A stretch of DNA of 64,000 bases from Methanobacteriota archaeon. GTDB taxonomy: Archaea > Thermoplasmatota > Thermoplasmata > SG8-5 > JAGLSY01. Where the stretch lies: assembly GCA_020697715.1 (NCBI GenBank), contig JAEHCO010000001.1, forward strand, positions 128,001 to 192,000. The letters are read 5' to 3'. The notes under the pieces are model-generated. The model did not search any database. It was given only the letters and a program-made list of their open reading frames with translations, and was not told the DNA's origin. Below are positions 27,822 through 37,854 of the stretch, piece after piece (position 1 is the stretch's first letter; each line of letters begins with the position of its first letter). The translations under genes and the position numbers were made by a program.

Positions 27822-28778
27822 ATGGACACCACCATGCTCTGCGTGCTGAACTCGGAAGAACTGGCCTCCAAATTGGGAAAGAAAGGATCAGAGACAGATA
27901 TGACCCTCTACAATCTCAAGAAGGATGATAAATCCCTGACAGTGGCCAGCCCGACAAAATATCCCGAGAAACTACCACCACTTCTTTATTCATTATATCT
28001 TGGAGAAGAAGTTATCATGGTCATCGACAAGCTGGACAGGACCATCGGGGAGATGATGGTCGCGTGCCAAGTTATGGGCAAACAAAAAGGCATGATAATT
28101 CTGGATAATTATATCGCGCCAGACCAGATCAAACCGCTGATCAAGGACACTGTTCTGGAGAACTGGGAGATGGTGGAAGGCATGCCGGACCCGAACATCA
28201 TGCGAGAAGGGCTTTTGGAAAAGGAGCCAGTTGTTCGCGAGGGGCCCACAAGAGTTAGTGTGGACCAGTCCTTCCCTGTAAAAGGACTGGGTACTGTGAG
28301 TCTCGGATTGGTTGACCAGGGCATTGTGAAGAAACATCAGAACCTCATGGTGCTGCCAGGTGGCAAAAAATCAATAGTTCGTTCTATCCAGGTTCATGAT
28401 AATGATGTCAATGACGCGGGGTCTGGATCCCGTGTGGGACTGGTTCTGAAAAATGTAGAGCCAGATGATGTCAGGCGAGGATCGGTCCTGGCTGAAGAAG
28501 GAGTGCTGAAGGTGGCCGACACCCTGAAGCTGAAGGTCATGATCAGTCCCTTCTGGCGCAATGTGTTGAAGGACGGAATGGCCATCCACATGTCATCCGG
28601 GATGCAGTTCAATGCGTGCACGATATCCATGAGCGGGGAGCTTAAAGCCGGGGAAGAAGGCGAGGTGACGGTGAAGCTGGACAATCCCTTTGTCTATGAT
28701 GATTCGGACAAGATGGCACTGAGCTGGCTGGAGTCCACTGGCCCCAGGGTGATCGGCAGCTGTACTGTTATTGAGTAG
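27822..28778 (+). CDS. SelB/EF-Tu-like protein with a degenerate G domain (aSelBL type)
   Basis: LGKKGSETDMTLYN, PTKYPEKL, VDQSFPVKGLGTV, VRSIQVHD..A..GSRVGL, DVRRG; no GxxxxGK motif. Confidence 0.85.
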   Translation: MDTTMLCVLNSEELASKLGKKGSETDMTLYNLKKDDKSLTVASPTKYPEKLPPLLYSLYLGEEVIMVIDKLDRTIGEMMVACQVMGKQKGMIILDNYIAPDQIKPLIKDTVLENWEMVEGMPDPNIMREGLLEKEPVVREGPTRVSVDQSFPVKGLGTVSLGLVDQGIVKKHQNLMVLPGGKKSIVRSIQVHDNDVNDAGSGSRVGLVLKNVEPDDVRRGSVLAEEGVLKVADTLKLKVMISPFWRNVLKDGMAIHMSSGMQFNACTISMSGELKAGEEGEVTVKLDNPFVYDDSDKMALSWLESTGPRVIGSCTVIE

Positions 28779-28846
28779 AAATGTTTGATACTGGCTTCTG
28801 AGTAAGTTTTATAAATCGCCAATGTATATTCTGCATTGGTGAGAAG

Positions 28847-29404
28847 ATGCAAAAGATGAACAAGTCCACAAATTTTCGATTCAGATCCCTGGGTGAGGAC
28901 GAGATAAAGAAGATCCATGAATATCAGAACTCGGAATTGGGTTTCGAGATATCACAATTCTTTGACATGGATCAAGACTGGATACCTTGCACGGAGGAAG
29001 CTATCAAGGACAAGGTCAAAGATATCGACAAGAATGATAATAACCATGTTTTCGCAGTTTGGGAAGAGACCGATCTCATTGGCCTGGCAATTATTTATTC
29101 AGACTGGGATCCTTTATGTCCAGTTGCCTATGTGTTCATCTGGCCAGAGTTCAGAAGAAGAGGTCATGGCAAGAAATTGGCCAATATCTTTCTTGACAAA
29201 CTTTTCAATAATTATCACGGCCACAAGGTCTCTGTTGGCACTCCGAGTTATTACAAGCCAGGATTGAAATTCATCCAAACCCTGGGCTTCAAACCAGCTG
29301 GCAAAATGAGACGTACCAGCATCCATGAGGGGAAGTACGCTGATTGGGTCTGTTTCGATATGCTGAAGACGGAATTCAATGATCATCAAGGCAGGGGGGT
29401 CTAA
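28847..29404 (+). CDS. GNAT family N-acetyltransferase (RimJ/RimL-like)
   Basis: PEFRRRGHGK AcCoA motif, LGFKPAGKMR, GKYADWVCFDML. Confidence 0.8.
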   Translation: MQKMNKSTNFRFRSLGEDEIKKIHEYQNSELGFEISQFFDMDQDWIPCTEEAIKDKVKDIDKNDNNHVFAVWEETDLIGLAIIYSDWDPLCPVAYVFIWPEFRRRGHGKKLANIFLDKLFNNYHGHKVSVGTPSYYKPGLKFIQTLGFKPAGKMRRTSIHEGKYADWVCFDMLKTEFNDHQGRGV

Positions 29405-29405
29405 T

Positions 29406-29972
29406 ATGGAAAAATTAGAAGGGGAATTAGTGAGATTGAGACCGCCAAAAGAAGAGGATTGGCCCTATCTGGCAGATATGAAGAACGATCTGAAGACGCA
29501 GGGATGGAACCAGCGCCTGCCTCCAACCTTCACCCCCGAGATGCTGGAGGAGAAGAACAAAAAGGGCAAAGAAAGGAAGAACTCGGCCAATCTAGCCATC
29601 GAAACTCACGATGGTGAACTCATTGGCACGATCAGTTATTCTGAAGAGCCAGCTAGACTTGCGGCCAGCTTCGGCATCACTACGGGAAAAGAGCACTGGG
29701 GCAAGGGTTATGCAAAAGAAGCGCAGGAAATATTGCTCCATTTCCTGTTCATCGAGAGGGGACTGCACGTGGTCCGACTGTGGACCCAGACTGGATTTCC
29801 ATGGGCGGAGAAAGCAGCTACCAAATTGGGATTCAAGATCGCCTGCAGGTTCCGGGAGGACAGCATAATCGGTGGAAAATATGTTGACTGTCTTTGCATG
29901 GACATGATCCGAGAAGAATATTTCGAACTAAGGGGGCTGGATGATCCACTGCCACCTAGAAATATCCAATAG
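29406..29972 (+). CDS. GNAT family N-acetyltransferase (RimJ/RimL-like)
   Basis: LEGELVRLRP, EHWGKGYAKEA, KLGFK, GKYVDCLCMDMIREE. Confidence 0.85.
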   Translation: MEKLEGELVRLRPPKEEDWPYLADMKNDLKTQGWNQRLPPTFTPEMLEEKNKKGKERKNSANLAIETHDGELIGTISYSEEPARLAASFGITTGKEHWGKGYAKEAQEILLHFLFIERGLHVVRLWTQTGFPWAEKAATKLGFKIACRFREDSIIGGKYVDCLCMDMIREEYFELRGLDDPLPPRNIQ

Positions 29973-31506
29973 GCACCATATTCCCGATGTTCAGAAGAAG
30001 ATCCGGATCGAAGATCTTCTTAATTTCCACAATTTGCATCAGGCCAGTCTTTCCATACATCAACTCCAGGTATGGAATTTCCCGGCCCTCGACAAGCACG
30101 GTCTTCTTTCCCACACCGTGCTCGGCGGATATCGTACCACCCAATGCGATCGCTTTCTGTGCCAGTTTTAGATAAAGAGCCTTGGCACTGGCCTGTTCTT
30201 CCTTCGTGTGGGTGATGAAATTGAAATGAACATGATGGTTGCCGATATGCCCCATCATGGTATAATGCACGCCATCTCGGGGATGCTGGCTTTGGAATAA
30301 TTCGCCGATATCATGATAATAGGCCATGAGCTCTACAAAGACCTCCGGGGGAACTGCAAAGTCAGTTCCCATCTTGTAGCTACCATGCTGTTTCAGATAA
30401 GCGTTCAGCTTGTCTGGCAGGGCGTGCCGGAATTCCTTCATGGCCATATTGTCTATCCGATTTCCAGCGAACCAATCATCCTGTGACCCATGCTTTTTTA
30501 GAAGGCTGGACAGGACACTGGTCATCTCCTTATCCTGTGTTGACATTTCCAAGAATATCGCGGACTTCATACCTTCCTTGATGGCCGGGAATTCTTCTCT
30601 GATAAAATCAAGAGCTGTGGAATTGAAGAATTCGATGGAAAGGATACCCCTGGCCTTCAGTAAACGAAGGTCATCGGCCAGAGCGATGGCTTGCTCCTCA
30701 TCATCGAAAAATGCGATGTCGGCCAAGATCTGGCCAGGTAATTCCTCCATGGCCAGTTCTATCTCGGAAAAGATGCCGAAAAGACCCTCGCTACCTATCA
30801 GCAGATCAACGAGGTCCATACCCGGCTGGGAATACAAGCCAGCCGCATTCTTCACATCCGGCATCTCGTAATCCGGTATCTTGATCGAAAGCATATTACC
30901 AGCTTCTGTTTTGAATTGAATCTCACCATCCTCATTTGCTAGGTATTCATCCCTGTTTATCTGAAGTAGATCACCACTGGCCATTACCATCCGTAGGCCA
31001 GTGACCCTGCTCCTTGTCGAGCCATAATAAAAGCCTCTGGCTCCCGACGCATTGGTGGCCACATTACCACCGATCTGGGAAGTGCGCTCGGTGGGATCCG
31101 GTGGGTGGAAGAGGTCATGGGGCAGGCCATTGTCCAGGTCTATCAGAGTAAGACCTGGAGGAACTATCGCGGACTTTCTATTATTGGAAATAAGAATGCT
31201 GGCCTTGCCGGCCATCGCCTGGAATTCTATAAGATCATACCCATCTTTTGGCCGAAGCTGGATCATCCTTTCCATGGAGATCACGATGCCGCCGTGGATC
31301 GGGACTCGCGAGCCGGTTATTCCAGTACCGGCTCCTGATGTGGATATTCGAGTCTTGGAAGAGCTGGCATCCTGCATTATCTGGATGATATCCTTCTCAT
31401 TTTCTGGAAAATAAACCGCACCGACGCCATCGACTGGCGCATGATGTATATTGGCCTCATCCGTGAGATAGTCCAGAATTTCCTCCTTTTCCCTTTTGAT
31501 ATCCAT
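29956..31506 (-). CDS. FAD-binding oxidoreductase (GlcD/D-lactate dehydrogenase family)
   Basis: GAGTGITG, PDPT..SQIGGNVATNASG, LIGSEGLFG, GHIGNHHVH, GGTISAEHGVG; true start MDIKRE at 31506. Confidence 0.88.
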   Translation of the reverse strand: MDIKREKEEILDYLTDEANIHHAPVDGVGAVYFPENEKDIIQIMQDASSSKTRISTSGAGTGITGSRVPIHGGIVISMERMIQLRPKDGYDLIEFQAMAGKASILISNNRKSAIVPPGLTLIDLDNGLPHDLFHPPDPTERTSQIGGNVATNASGARGFYYGSTRSRVTGLRMVMASGDLLQINRDEYLANEDGEIQFKTEAGNMLSIKIPDYEMPDVKNAAGLYSQPGMDLVDLLIGSEGLFGIFSEIELAMEELPGQILADIAFFDDEEQAIALADDLRLLKARGILSIEFFNSTALDFIREEFPAIKEGMKSAIFLEMSTQDKEMTSVLSSLLKKHGSQDDWFAGNRIDNMAMKEFRHALPDKLNAYLKQHGSYKMGTDFAVPPEVFVELMAYYHDIGELFQSQHPRDGVHYTMMGHIGNHHVHFNFITHTKEEQASAKALYLKLAQKAIALGGTISAEHGVGKKTVLVEGREIPYLELMYGKTGLMQIVEIKKIFDPDLLLNIGNMVPIGYF

Positions 31507-31570
31507 TGACCCGCTATAGCCCGATCTCTCTAAATATTTTTTTATCGTGTGGGCGCATACGCATTGGATA

Positions 31571-32215
31571 ATGATAGTGTGCGAGCTGTGCGGGGAAGAA
31601 GTTCCAAAGGGATCTGACAAGTGCTCCAGATGTGGATTCGATTTCCCGTCTGAAGTGACATCGGACACCCGCGACCAGGCCATACTCAGTAAGAATGATG
31701 GTAGGGAAGCCAGTGATATTAAAAAAGGACTGGCAGAGCGTTTTTCCAAGTACATTTCCTTTTTCGAGAACATGGATCCGAACAGCATCAGACCAGGTGA
31801 GTTCTCGTCCTTCGTGGAGGAAGCGGTATCCCATCTCCACATACCGGCGACGATCGAGCTGGATGATGATATAAAATTCAATGACAAAGAAAAGCAGGTC
31901 ATCCTGGTGATATCCAGAAGATTGCTTGACCCAGACGCACTCGAGCTTGTTTCCCGAGTGCGGACAAGGACGATGATCATGCTGGCCAACGGCCTATACT
32001 CGCTCGAAATGCCGGCAGAATCGATGCAAATGGTGAACATGGCCGTCCACCGGGACCCGAAGGATATGGACGCTCTTTACGGCAAGGCGAAGATCCTACT
32101 ATTTGAGAAGAAGTACGCGGCCTCGAAAAGATGCCTGGAAAAGATAATCAACAGGCAGCCAGATAGGGACGAGGCGAAGTACCTGCTGGAGATGATAGAG
32201 CAGATTAGCGGTTAA
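31571..32215 (+). CDS. Zinc-ribbon + TPR domain protein
   Basis: CELCG..CSRCG at the N-terminus; TPR-like DPKDMDALYGKAKIL..YAASKRCLEKII..P..EA. Confidence 0.75.
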   Translation: MIVCELCGEEVPKGSDKCSRCGFDFPSEVTSDTRDQAILSKNDGREASDIKKGLAERFSKYISFFENMDPNSIRPGEFSSFVEEAVSHLHIPATIELDDDIKFNDKEKQVILVISRRLLDPDALELVSRVRTRTMIMLANGLYSLEMPAESMQMVNMAVHRDPKDMDALYGKAKILLFEKKYAASKRCLEKIINRQPDRDEAKYLLEMIEQISG

Positions 32216-32963
32216 GAGTATATTCTGAGAAATCCTCAGCCATCAATTGACTTTTCTTTCTCCGTTTCATTGAGAAGTACATAATCAAAACAATTATAAT
32301 TAATGAGCTTGTACAACATAACCAGCCAACCCAATAATTTGGATTTTGACCTTCCCATTGAATCTCAAGTATCTCTCCTGTATTAGCATCAATGATTACA
32401 TCGCAGGATACTCTATTACATGGAATATCAAAACCAAGCCCACTGCAATATAATTGAGAAATCGAACAATTCCATATTGGAGTGGAGGTGTTTACATACA
32501 TCTCAAGGTTAAATCTACCACTAGGATCTGGAGCCTCAATAAGAAATTCATTGAATGTTTCATTTTCTTGTAATATGCGCCATAACTGGTCACTATCAAT
32601 TGACCAGTTATGAATGGGCACTCTGTTCGAATTATCTACCCCAATATACCCAGGTTCATTTTTAATTGTATTGTTCTGATAAACGACAATGCGTGTTTGA
32701 TTAGTGGAGTTGGTAAAAATATATTCATCAGTATAATAGAACGTGAAACCAAATACATCATAGCTCTTTCCTTGGTGATAATATAATCCGACCAGTGTAG
32801 CATTTTCATCCCAATTTTTGGCATATTCATCTGCAATGATCTTCTTATCCATAGCGGTTTTTTCATCGTCTGCTGAAGTAAAATATGGAATAGCTAGTGA
32901 TCCAAATATAAGAATACAAATGATCAATACACATGAAATTATTCTTTTATTCTCTTCCACCAA
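32205..32963 (-). CDS. Secreted/membrane-anchored hypothetical protein (PepSY-like motifs)
   Basis: N-terminal TM/signal, WSIDS..., IIDANTGEIL, C-terminal TM + KRRKK; AT-rich. Confidence 0.7.
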   Translation of the reverse strand: MVEENKRIISCVLIICILIFGSLAIPYFTSADDEKTAMDKKIIADEYAKNWDENATLVGLYYHQGKSYDVFGFTFYYTDEYIFTNSTNQTRIVVYQNNTIKNEPGYIGVDNSNRVPIHNWSIDSDQLWRILQENETFNEFLIEAPDPSGRFNLEMYVNTSTPIWNCSISQLYCSGLGFDIPCNRVSCDVIIDANTGEILEIQWEGQNPNYWVGWLCCTSSLIIIVLIMYFSMKRRKKSQLMAEDFSEYTLNR

Positions 32964-33185
32964 CTAATCCTCCACTTGCATTAACGGAAAAGGAAGGCTT
33001 GCTTAAATGCCTTGTGTTATGATATACCAATCATATCCACTCCGAGCAGGCCAATGGGGGAAGGGATTGGCCAGAGAGGAGTGGGGTGGGGGGATTGTCG
33101 ATATTTTGGGGTGGGCGATTCAGGGGTTTGACCATTCTATTGAGGGTGTGTCGTGTTCGTTTGTTATGTGGGGTGAGGATAAGGA

Positions 33186-33247
33186 CCCCGCCCCTGCGTC
33201 TCTCGGGGCGGGGCTTGATTTTCCTCCTCGCTTTCAAATGCGAGGAG
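33186..33247. repeat. Two adjacent GC-rich inverted repeats
   Basis: CCCCGCCCC-N10-GGGGCGGGG (33186-33213) and CTCCTCGC-N8-GCGAGGAG (33224-33247). Confidence 0.7.
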
Positions 33248-33404
33248 TCAATCTTCCTACTGGCACATCGCAACTGTCACTCACTGAGATATAGAATATA
33301 GTACCCCGCCCTAATGAATATTCTTTGAATAGTCCAGACGGGGCATGCTCGCACTGGTTCGAACATACATTGTTGGGAATGTGCTTTGTAGAGAATATGC
33401 TGGC

Positions 33405-34550
33405 CTATTTCATGGGAATTGTGCCCGCGACCTGTTCCAATATATCCATGCCCTTCTCGATGTTCTCAATCGTATTAGCATACGAGAACCTGAGATGGCC
33501 TTCTCCACCGCTGCCAAAGGCAGACCCGGGAGCGCATATCATTCCAGCCTCCAGAAGCTTCATCGCGAAATCCATGCCCAGTATATCATGATCGAAGGAT
33601 GGGAAAGCGTAGAAAGCTCCATTGGGCTTCAAGCACGTGAAGCCGTCGATCTTGTTGATACGATCGACGATGACATCTCGCCTTTTCCTGAGTATGTTCA
33701 CTCTCTCATCGATCTTATTGTCAGGTGCTTCCATCGCCTTCTGGCAAGCATATTGCAATGGAGTTGGTGGGCATGCGATATTGTAATATTGAATTTTGGA
33801 AAGGTCCTTGATCAGTTCCTCGGAAGAGGCCATGTATCCCACCCTCCAGCCGGTCATGGCGAAGGATTTTGAGAAGGAGTTTATGTAAACCACATTGTCA
33901 TAATCCCCATTGAGGAAAGAATAATGTTTGCCATCATAGACTATTTTGTCATACACCTCATCTGATATTATTACGAGATCATGATCGATGGCTATGTCCC
34001 TGATCGCCCGAATGGTGTCCTTGTCTATGACCCCGGATGTTGGGTTATTGGGAGTATTGAGAATGATGGCCTTGGTCCTGGTGTTTATGAGCTCCAGTAT
34101 CTCATCTGGCTGTGGAACAAAAGCATGCTCCTGCTTGAGCGAGTATTTCACTGGGAAAGCACCGCACATGATAGCGTGGGGTGAGTAAAGCACGAAGCCA
34201 GGATCCGGGATAAGTATCTCATCACCATGGTCAAAGAGTGCCATCGCGGACACCAAAAGTCCCTGGGTGGCACCTGCGGTGATCATCACGTTCTCACGGG
34301 TGACATCTTTTCTATTTATGTGAAGGCTTTCGGCTATGGAATCTCTTAGTTCCGGCATGCCCTTGGTCGGGCCATAGCCATTATGTCCCTCATTGACTGC
34401 TTTTGACAAGGCCTGCTTTGCCTCATCTATCGGCTCGAAATCCAATTCACCGATACCCAGGTTTATGGTTCCTGGCTTAGCCAATTCGAACATCTTTCTT
34501 ATTCCAGATATCTCAAGTCTTTTTGTCCTTGCTGCTGCCCAATCTCTCAT
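33405..34550 (-). CDS. PLP-dependent aminotransferase class I/II (AspC-like)
   Basis: INLGIGELDF, NTPNNPTSG, ISDEVYD, SFSKSFAMTGWRVG, GAFYAF, HLRFSYA. Confidence 0.92.
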   Translation of the reverse strand: MRDWAAARTKRLEISGIRKMFELAKPGTINLGIGELDFEPIDEAKQALSKAVNEGHNGYGPTKGMPELRDSIAESLHINRKDVTRENVMITAGATQGLLVSAMALFDHGDEILIPDPGFVLYSPHAIMCGAFPVKYSLKQEHAFVPQPDEILELINTRTKAIILNTPNNPTSGVIDKDTIRAIRDIAIDHDLVIISDEVYDKIVYDGKHYSFLNGDYDNVVYINSFSKSFAMTGWRVGYMASSEELIKDLSKIQYYNIACPPTPLQYACQKAMEAPDNKIDERVNILRKRRDVIVDRINKIDGFTCLKPNGAFYAFPSFDHDILGMDFAMKLLEAGMICAPGSAFGSGGEGHLRFSYANTIENIEKGMDILEQVAGTIPMK

Positions 34551-34669
34551 GGCAACCGCAATGCTTAAACTTGATTTTAAAGGCTTCGGAACATATATCG
34601 CATTTTGTTAAATTATAGTATGGAATAGTAGTCGGTTGCCGTAAGACCATCAATAAAAATTTAACTAAA

Positions 34670-34771
34670 CGCGGGGCTTTTTGCTCCGTGAGTATGGGCT
34701 TATGGCCTATGGAATGAAACTTTCAGGCTCGATTAAAATACATTCAAATCCTTCAGGGCCTGATAGTTTCA
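34670..34771 (+). ncRNA. Candidate structured RNA (three stem-loops) upstream of the psmA promoter
   Basis: Stems at 34670-34690, 34693-34711 and 34715-34771; the non-Watson-Crick pairs are nearly all G-U on the plus strand. Confidence 0.35.
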
Positions 34772-34817
34772 GGAAAGTTTATATCACAATGGATATTAAC
34801 CCTGGTTGAGTGATAAA

Positions 34818-35555
34818 ATGCAAGCAGGACAAATGGCTTATGATAGAGCAATAACTGTATTTTCCCCAGATGGTAGACTGTTCCAGGTAGAATATGCGAG
34901 GGTCGCCGTGGGTAGAGGTACGACGACAGCCGGTCTCAAATTCAAGGACGGGGTCGTATTGATGGCAGATAAAAAGATGAGCAGCAGGCTCATTGAATCC
35001 AATTCAATAGAGAAGATATTCTCTATCGACAAGCATGTTGGCTGTGCTACATCTGGCCTGGTTGCCGATGCAAGGGCACTTGTGGATTATGCAAGGGTCG
35101 TTGGTCAGGTCAACAAGGTGACTTATGAGGAAAGGATCAGTGTCGACATACTTGTTAAGAAGATATGTGATTATAAACAGAATTACACACAGTATGGTGG
35201 AGTTCGTCCCTTTGGAACCGCACTCCTGGTTGGAGGCGTTGATTCACATGGAAGCCACCTGTACGAAACAGACCCAAGTGGTGCCTTGATATCCTACAAA
35301 GCAGGAAGCATAGGTTCTGGACGGGCGGTTGTCATGGAACTTTTCGAAGATAAGTTCAAGGATGAAATGAAAATGGAAGATGCCATACTCCTTGGTTTGG
35401 AAGGCTTGAAAAGAGCCAGTGATGATCCACTGACACCAGATACGGTGGAGATCGGGATCATAAGGAAAGGAAAGGATTTCGAGAAGCTGGATGAGGCCGC
35501 TATCAAGAAGTACCTCGATAAGCTATCGGGACAAAAACCGAAAAAGGAAGGGTAA
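34818..35555 (+). CDS. psmA: Proteasome subunit alpha
   Basis: YDRAITVFSPDGRLFQVEYA, SGLVADAR, YTQYGGVRPFG, YETDPSG. Confidence 0.96.
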   Translation: MQAGQMAYDRAITVFSPDGRLFQVEYARVAVGRGTTTAGLKFKDGVVLMADKKMSSRLIESNSIEKIFSIDKHVGCATSGLVADARALVDYARVVGQVNKVTYEERISVDILVKKICDYKQNYTQYGGVRPFGTALLVGGVDSHGSHLYETDPSGALISYKAGSIGSGRAVVMELFEDKFKDEMKMEDAILLGLEGLKRASDDPLTPDTVEIGIIRKGKDFEKLDEAAIKKYLDKLSGQKPKKEG

Positions 35556-35594
35556 TAAAGATTTTATCTTTATTAAATTCAAGGTGCTGGTTAG

Positions 35595-36326
35595 ATGGTC
35601 AAGGACAGGATGATCCAAAAGGAATACACGGACAACTTAATGGACGGTATGGTGATCGCAAGCCTTGACAGTCATGGACATACATTTGAGATCATTGTAG
35701 AAGCAGATGCTGTCGACGATATTAAGACTGGAAATATAGAAGATATTCTTGAGCATATGCCAGAGGATACGATATTCAAGGATGCACGGAAGGGAGATAG
35801 GGCATCCGAGGACACCCTCAAAACGGCTTTTTCTTCAGAGGATGTCGCTGAGATCGCCAAGGTGATCATTAAAAAAGGCCAGGTTCAGCTTACTACCGAA
35901 CAGAGAAAGGTCATGACCGAAGAGAAGAGGAAGCAAGTGATCCACTTGATCGCCAGAGAGGTCATGAACCCGCAGACCAAGATGCCACATCCACCACAGA
36001 GGATCGAGATGGCCATGGACGAGGCTGGTGTGCATATAGATCCTTTCAAATCGGTCAATGTCCAGATGAAAGAGGTCGTGGACGCTTTAAGACCACTTCT
36101 TCCCATAAGCTTCGAGAAGGTCAGGATGGCGGTCAAGGTTTCCGCAACAGATTATGGCCGATGCTTTGGAGATATCAAGAATTTTGGAAAGATCATTAGA
36201 GAAGAATGGCAAAATGATGGATCCTGGATAGGCATCATCGAGATGGCTGGTGGCCTTCAAACGGACTTCATGTCCAAAATAGGCGAGAAGACCAAAGGGG
36301 CCGCGGATATCAAGGTGGTCAAGTAG
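35595..36326 (+). CDS. Ribosome assembly factor SBDS
   Basis: FEIIV, IFKDARKGDRAS, QLTTEQR, NPQTKMPHPPQRIE, EEWQNDGSW. Confidence 0.93.
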   Translation: MVKDRMIQKEYTDNLMDGMVIASLDSHGHTFEIIVEADAVDDIKTGNIEDILEHMPEDTIFKDARKGDRASEDTLKTAFSSEDVAEIAKVIIKKGQVQLTTEQRKVMTEEKRKQVIHLIAREVMNPQTKMPHPPQRIEMAMDEAGVHIDPFKSVNVQMKEVVDALRPLLPISFEKVRMAVKVSATDYGRCFGDIKNFGKIIREEWQNDGSWIGIIEMAGGLQTDFMSKIGEKTKGAADIKVVK

Positions 36327-36355
36327 ACGGTCCACCTTCCTCCCAGGATGATAAA

Positions 36356-37069
36356 ATGACTTCACAGGAAACTACTTCGAATGAAAGGGTATTTGTTTTG
36401 CCTGGTGATATTCTTGGAGATGATAGTTTTAGATCTGGGTCTGGAACCTATAGTAAAGATGGTTCGATCCATGCTTCACAGGCTGGTATCCTGAACATAA
36501 ACAGGGATTTTATCAATGTCATGCCAATTTCCAGTAAATATAATCCAAAGTTCGGAGACTCCGTAATAGGGATGATTATTGATCATGGACCTTCAAGCTG
36601 GATGGTGGATATAGGATGTCCATACACTGCCATGATGCACACGAATGACGTGCAGTGGAATGTCAAGTTTGGGGAAACTGGAAAGTACCTCAAGCCCGGT
36701 GATGCCATATTGTCAAGGGTCTCCAATGTGAACGAGGTCAAAAAGATACAGATCACGATGAAGGATCATGGCCTGAGGAAATTGGAGAATGGGATACTGG
36801 TCAAGATACCACAACCAAAAGTACCCAGGATAATAGGAAAAGGTGGGTCCATGATATCCATGTTGAAACAGAAGACCCAGACAAAGATGTTCGTGGGGCA
36901 GAATGGCATGGTGTGGATCGAAGGCGAGAATGAGAATATGCAGGCTGTATCACAGGCGATACAGATCATCATAGATAGAGCTCATGTGTCCGGGCTGACA
37001 GAGTATGTGGAGAAGTATCTGGACAATCAAGATATTAGTAGCCAGGATATTGGAAATACTGGGGATTGA
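36356..37069 (+). CDS. rrp4: Exosome complex component Rrp4
   Basis: VLPGD, Y.PK.GD.VIG S1 domain, KVPRIIGKGGSMI KH motif, VGQNG, AHVSGLT. Confidence 0.93.
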   Translation: MTSQETTSNERVFVLPGDILGDDSFRSGSGTYSKDGSIHASQAGILNINRDFINVMPISSKYNPKFGDSVIGMIIDHGPSSWMVDIGCPYTAMMHTNDVQWNVKFGETGKYLKPGDAILSRVSNVNEVKKIQITMKDHGLRKLENGILVKIPQPKVPRIIGKGGSMISMLKQKTQTKMFVGQNGMVWIEGENENMQAVSQAIQIIIDRAHVSGLTEYVEKYLDNQDISSQDIGNTGD

Positions 37070-37071
37070 AA

Positions 37072-37854
37072 ATGGACGATATACAACTTATTGATAAGAA
37101 AGGCAAGAGGAAAGATAGCAGAGGTCCTGAAGACCTGAGGCCTATCAAGATCGAGGCCGGTGTCCTGGACAATGCTGATGGATCTGCTTATATCGAATGG
37201 GGTAAGAACAAGATCATCGTGGGTGTCTATGGTCCAAGGGAGATGCATCAAAAACATCTTCAAAGACCTGACAAGGCCATCGTTCAAGTTAGCTATAGTA
37301 TGGCCAGCTTCTCAGTGGATGAGAGAAAGAAGCCAGGCCAAGGTAGAAGAGAGCATGAGATCTCGAAGATCATAGCCGAGGCACTGGAGAGGTCGATCAT
37401 ATCAGATCAATACCCAAGAACCTCGATAGATGTCTACATCGAGGTCTTGGAAGCAAGTGCAGGAACTAGATGTGCTGGTGTGACCGCGGCATCTGTAGCA
37501 ATTGCAGATGCCGGAATTCCAATGATCGGAATGGTGGCATCATGCGCTGCTGGCAAGATAAATGGCCAGGTGGTACTTGACCTGGACAAGCTGGAGGATA
37601 ATATCGGAGACGCTGACCTTCCAGTGGGATACATACCGAAGACCGAGGAGGTCGTGCTTTTGCAAATGGACGGCCATTTCACTCCTGAAGAATTTGATAA
37701 GGCATTCGTCCTGGCAAGGGGTGCTTGCATCCAGATCCAAGAACTTCAGAAGGAGGCTCTTGTTAAGAAATATTCACAAGAACCTGAAGAGAATGGCACT
37801 GATGATAATGGAGAAAATAAAGATGATATGGCCGAGGGAGGGGTGCTACAATGA
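37072..37854 (+). CDS. rrp41: Exosome complex exonuclease Rrp41
   Basis: LRPIKIEAGVL.NADGSAY, VYGPRE, AGTRCA, GDADLP, LLQMDG. Confidence 0.95.
   Translation: MDDIQLIDKKGKRKDSRGPEDLRPIKIEAGVLDNADGSAYIEWGKNKIIVGVYGPREMHQKHLQRPDKAIVQVSYSMASFSVDERKKPGQGRREHEISKIIAEALERSIISDQYPRTSIDVYIEVLEASAGTRCAGVTAASVAIADAGIPMIGMVASCAAGKINGQVVLDLDKLEDNIGDADLPVGYIPKTEEVVLLQMDGHFTPEEFDKAFVLARGACIQIQELQKEALVKKYSQEPEENGTDDNGENKDDMAEGGVLQ

Noticed and set aside
27822-28778. Selenocysteine machinery (selB)
   Set aside because: It lacks G-domain motifs and a C-terminal extension; I saw no in-frame UGA genes or tRNA-Sec.
31507-32040. N-terminal 178 aa of the 694-aa ORF 29956..32040
   Set aside because: It is the antisense shadow of the zinc-ribbon/TPR gene; the oxidoreductase homology begins at MDIKRE (31506).
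33007-33301. Three short overlapping ORFs in the G/T-skewed patch
   Set aside because: They are open only because of compositional bias; no motifs and no start context.
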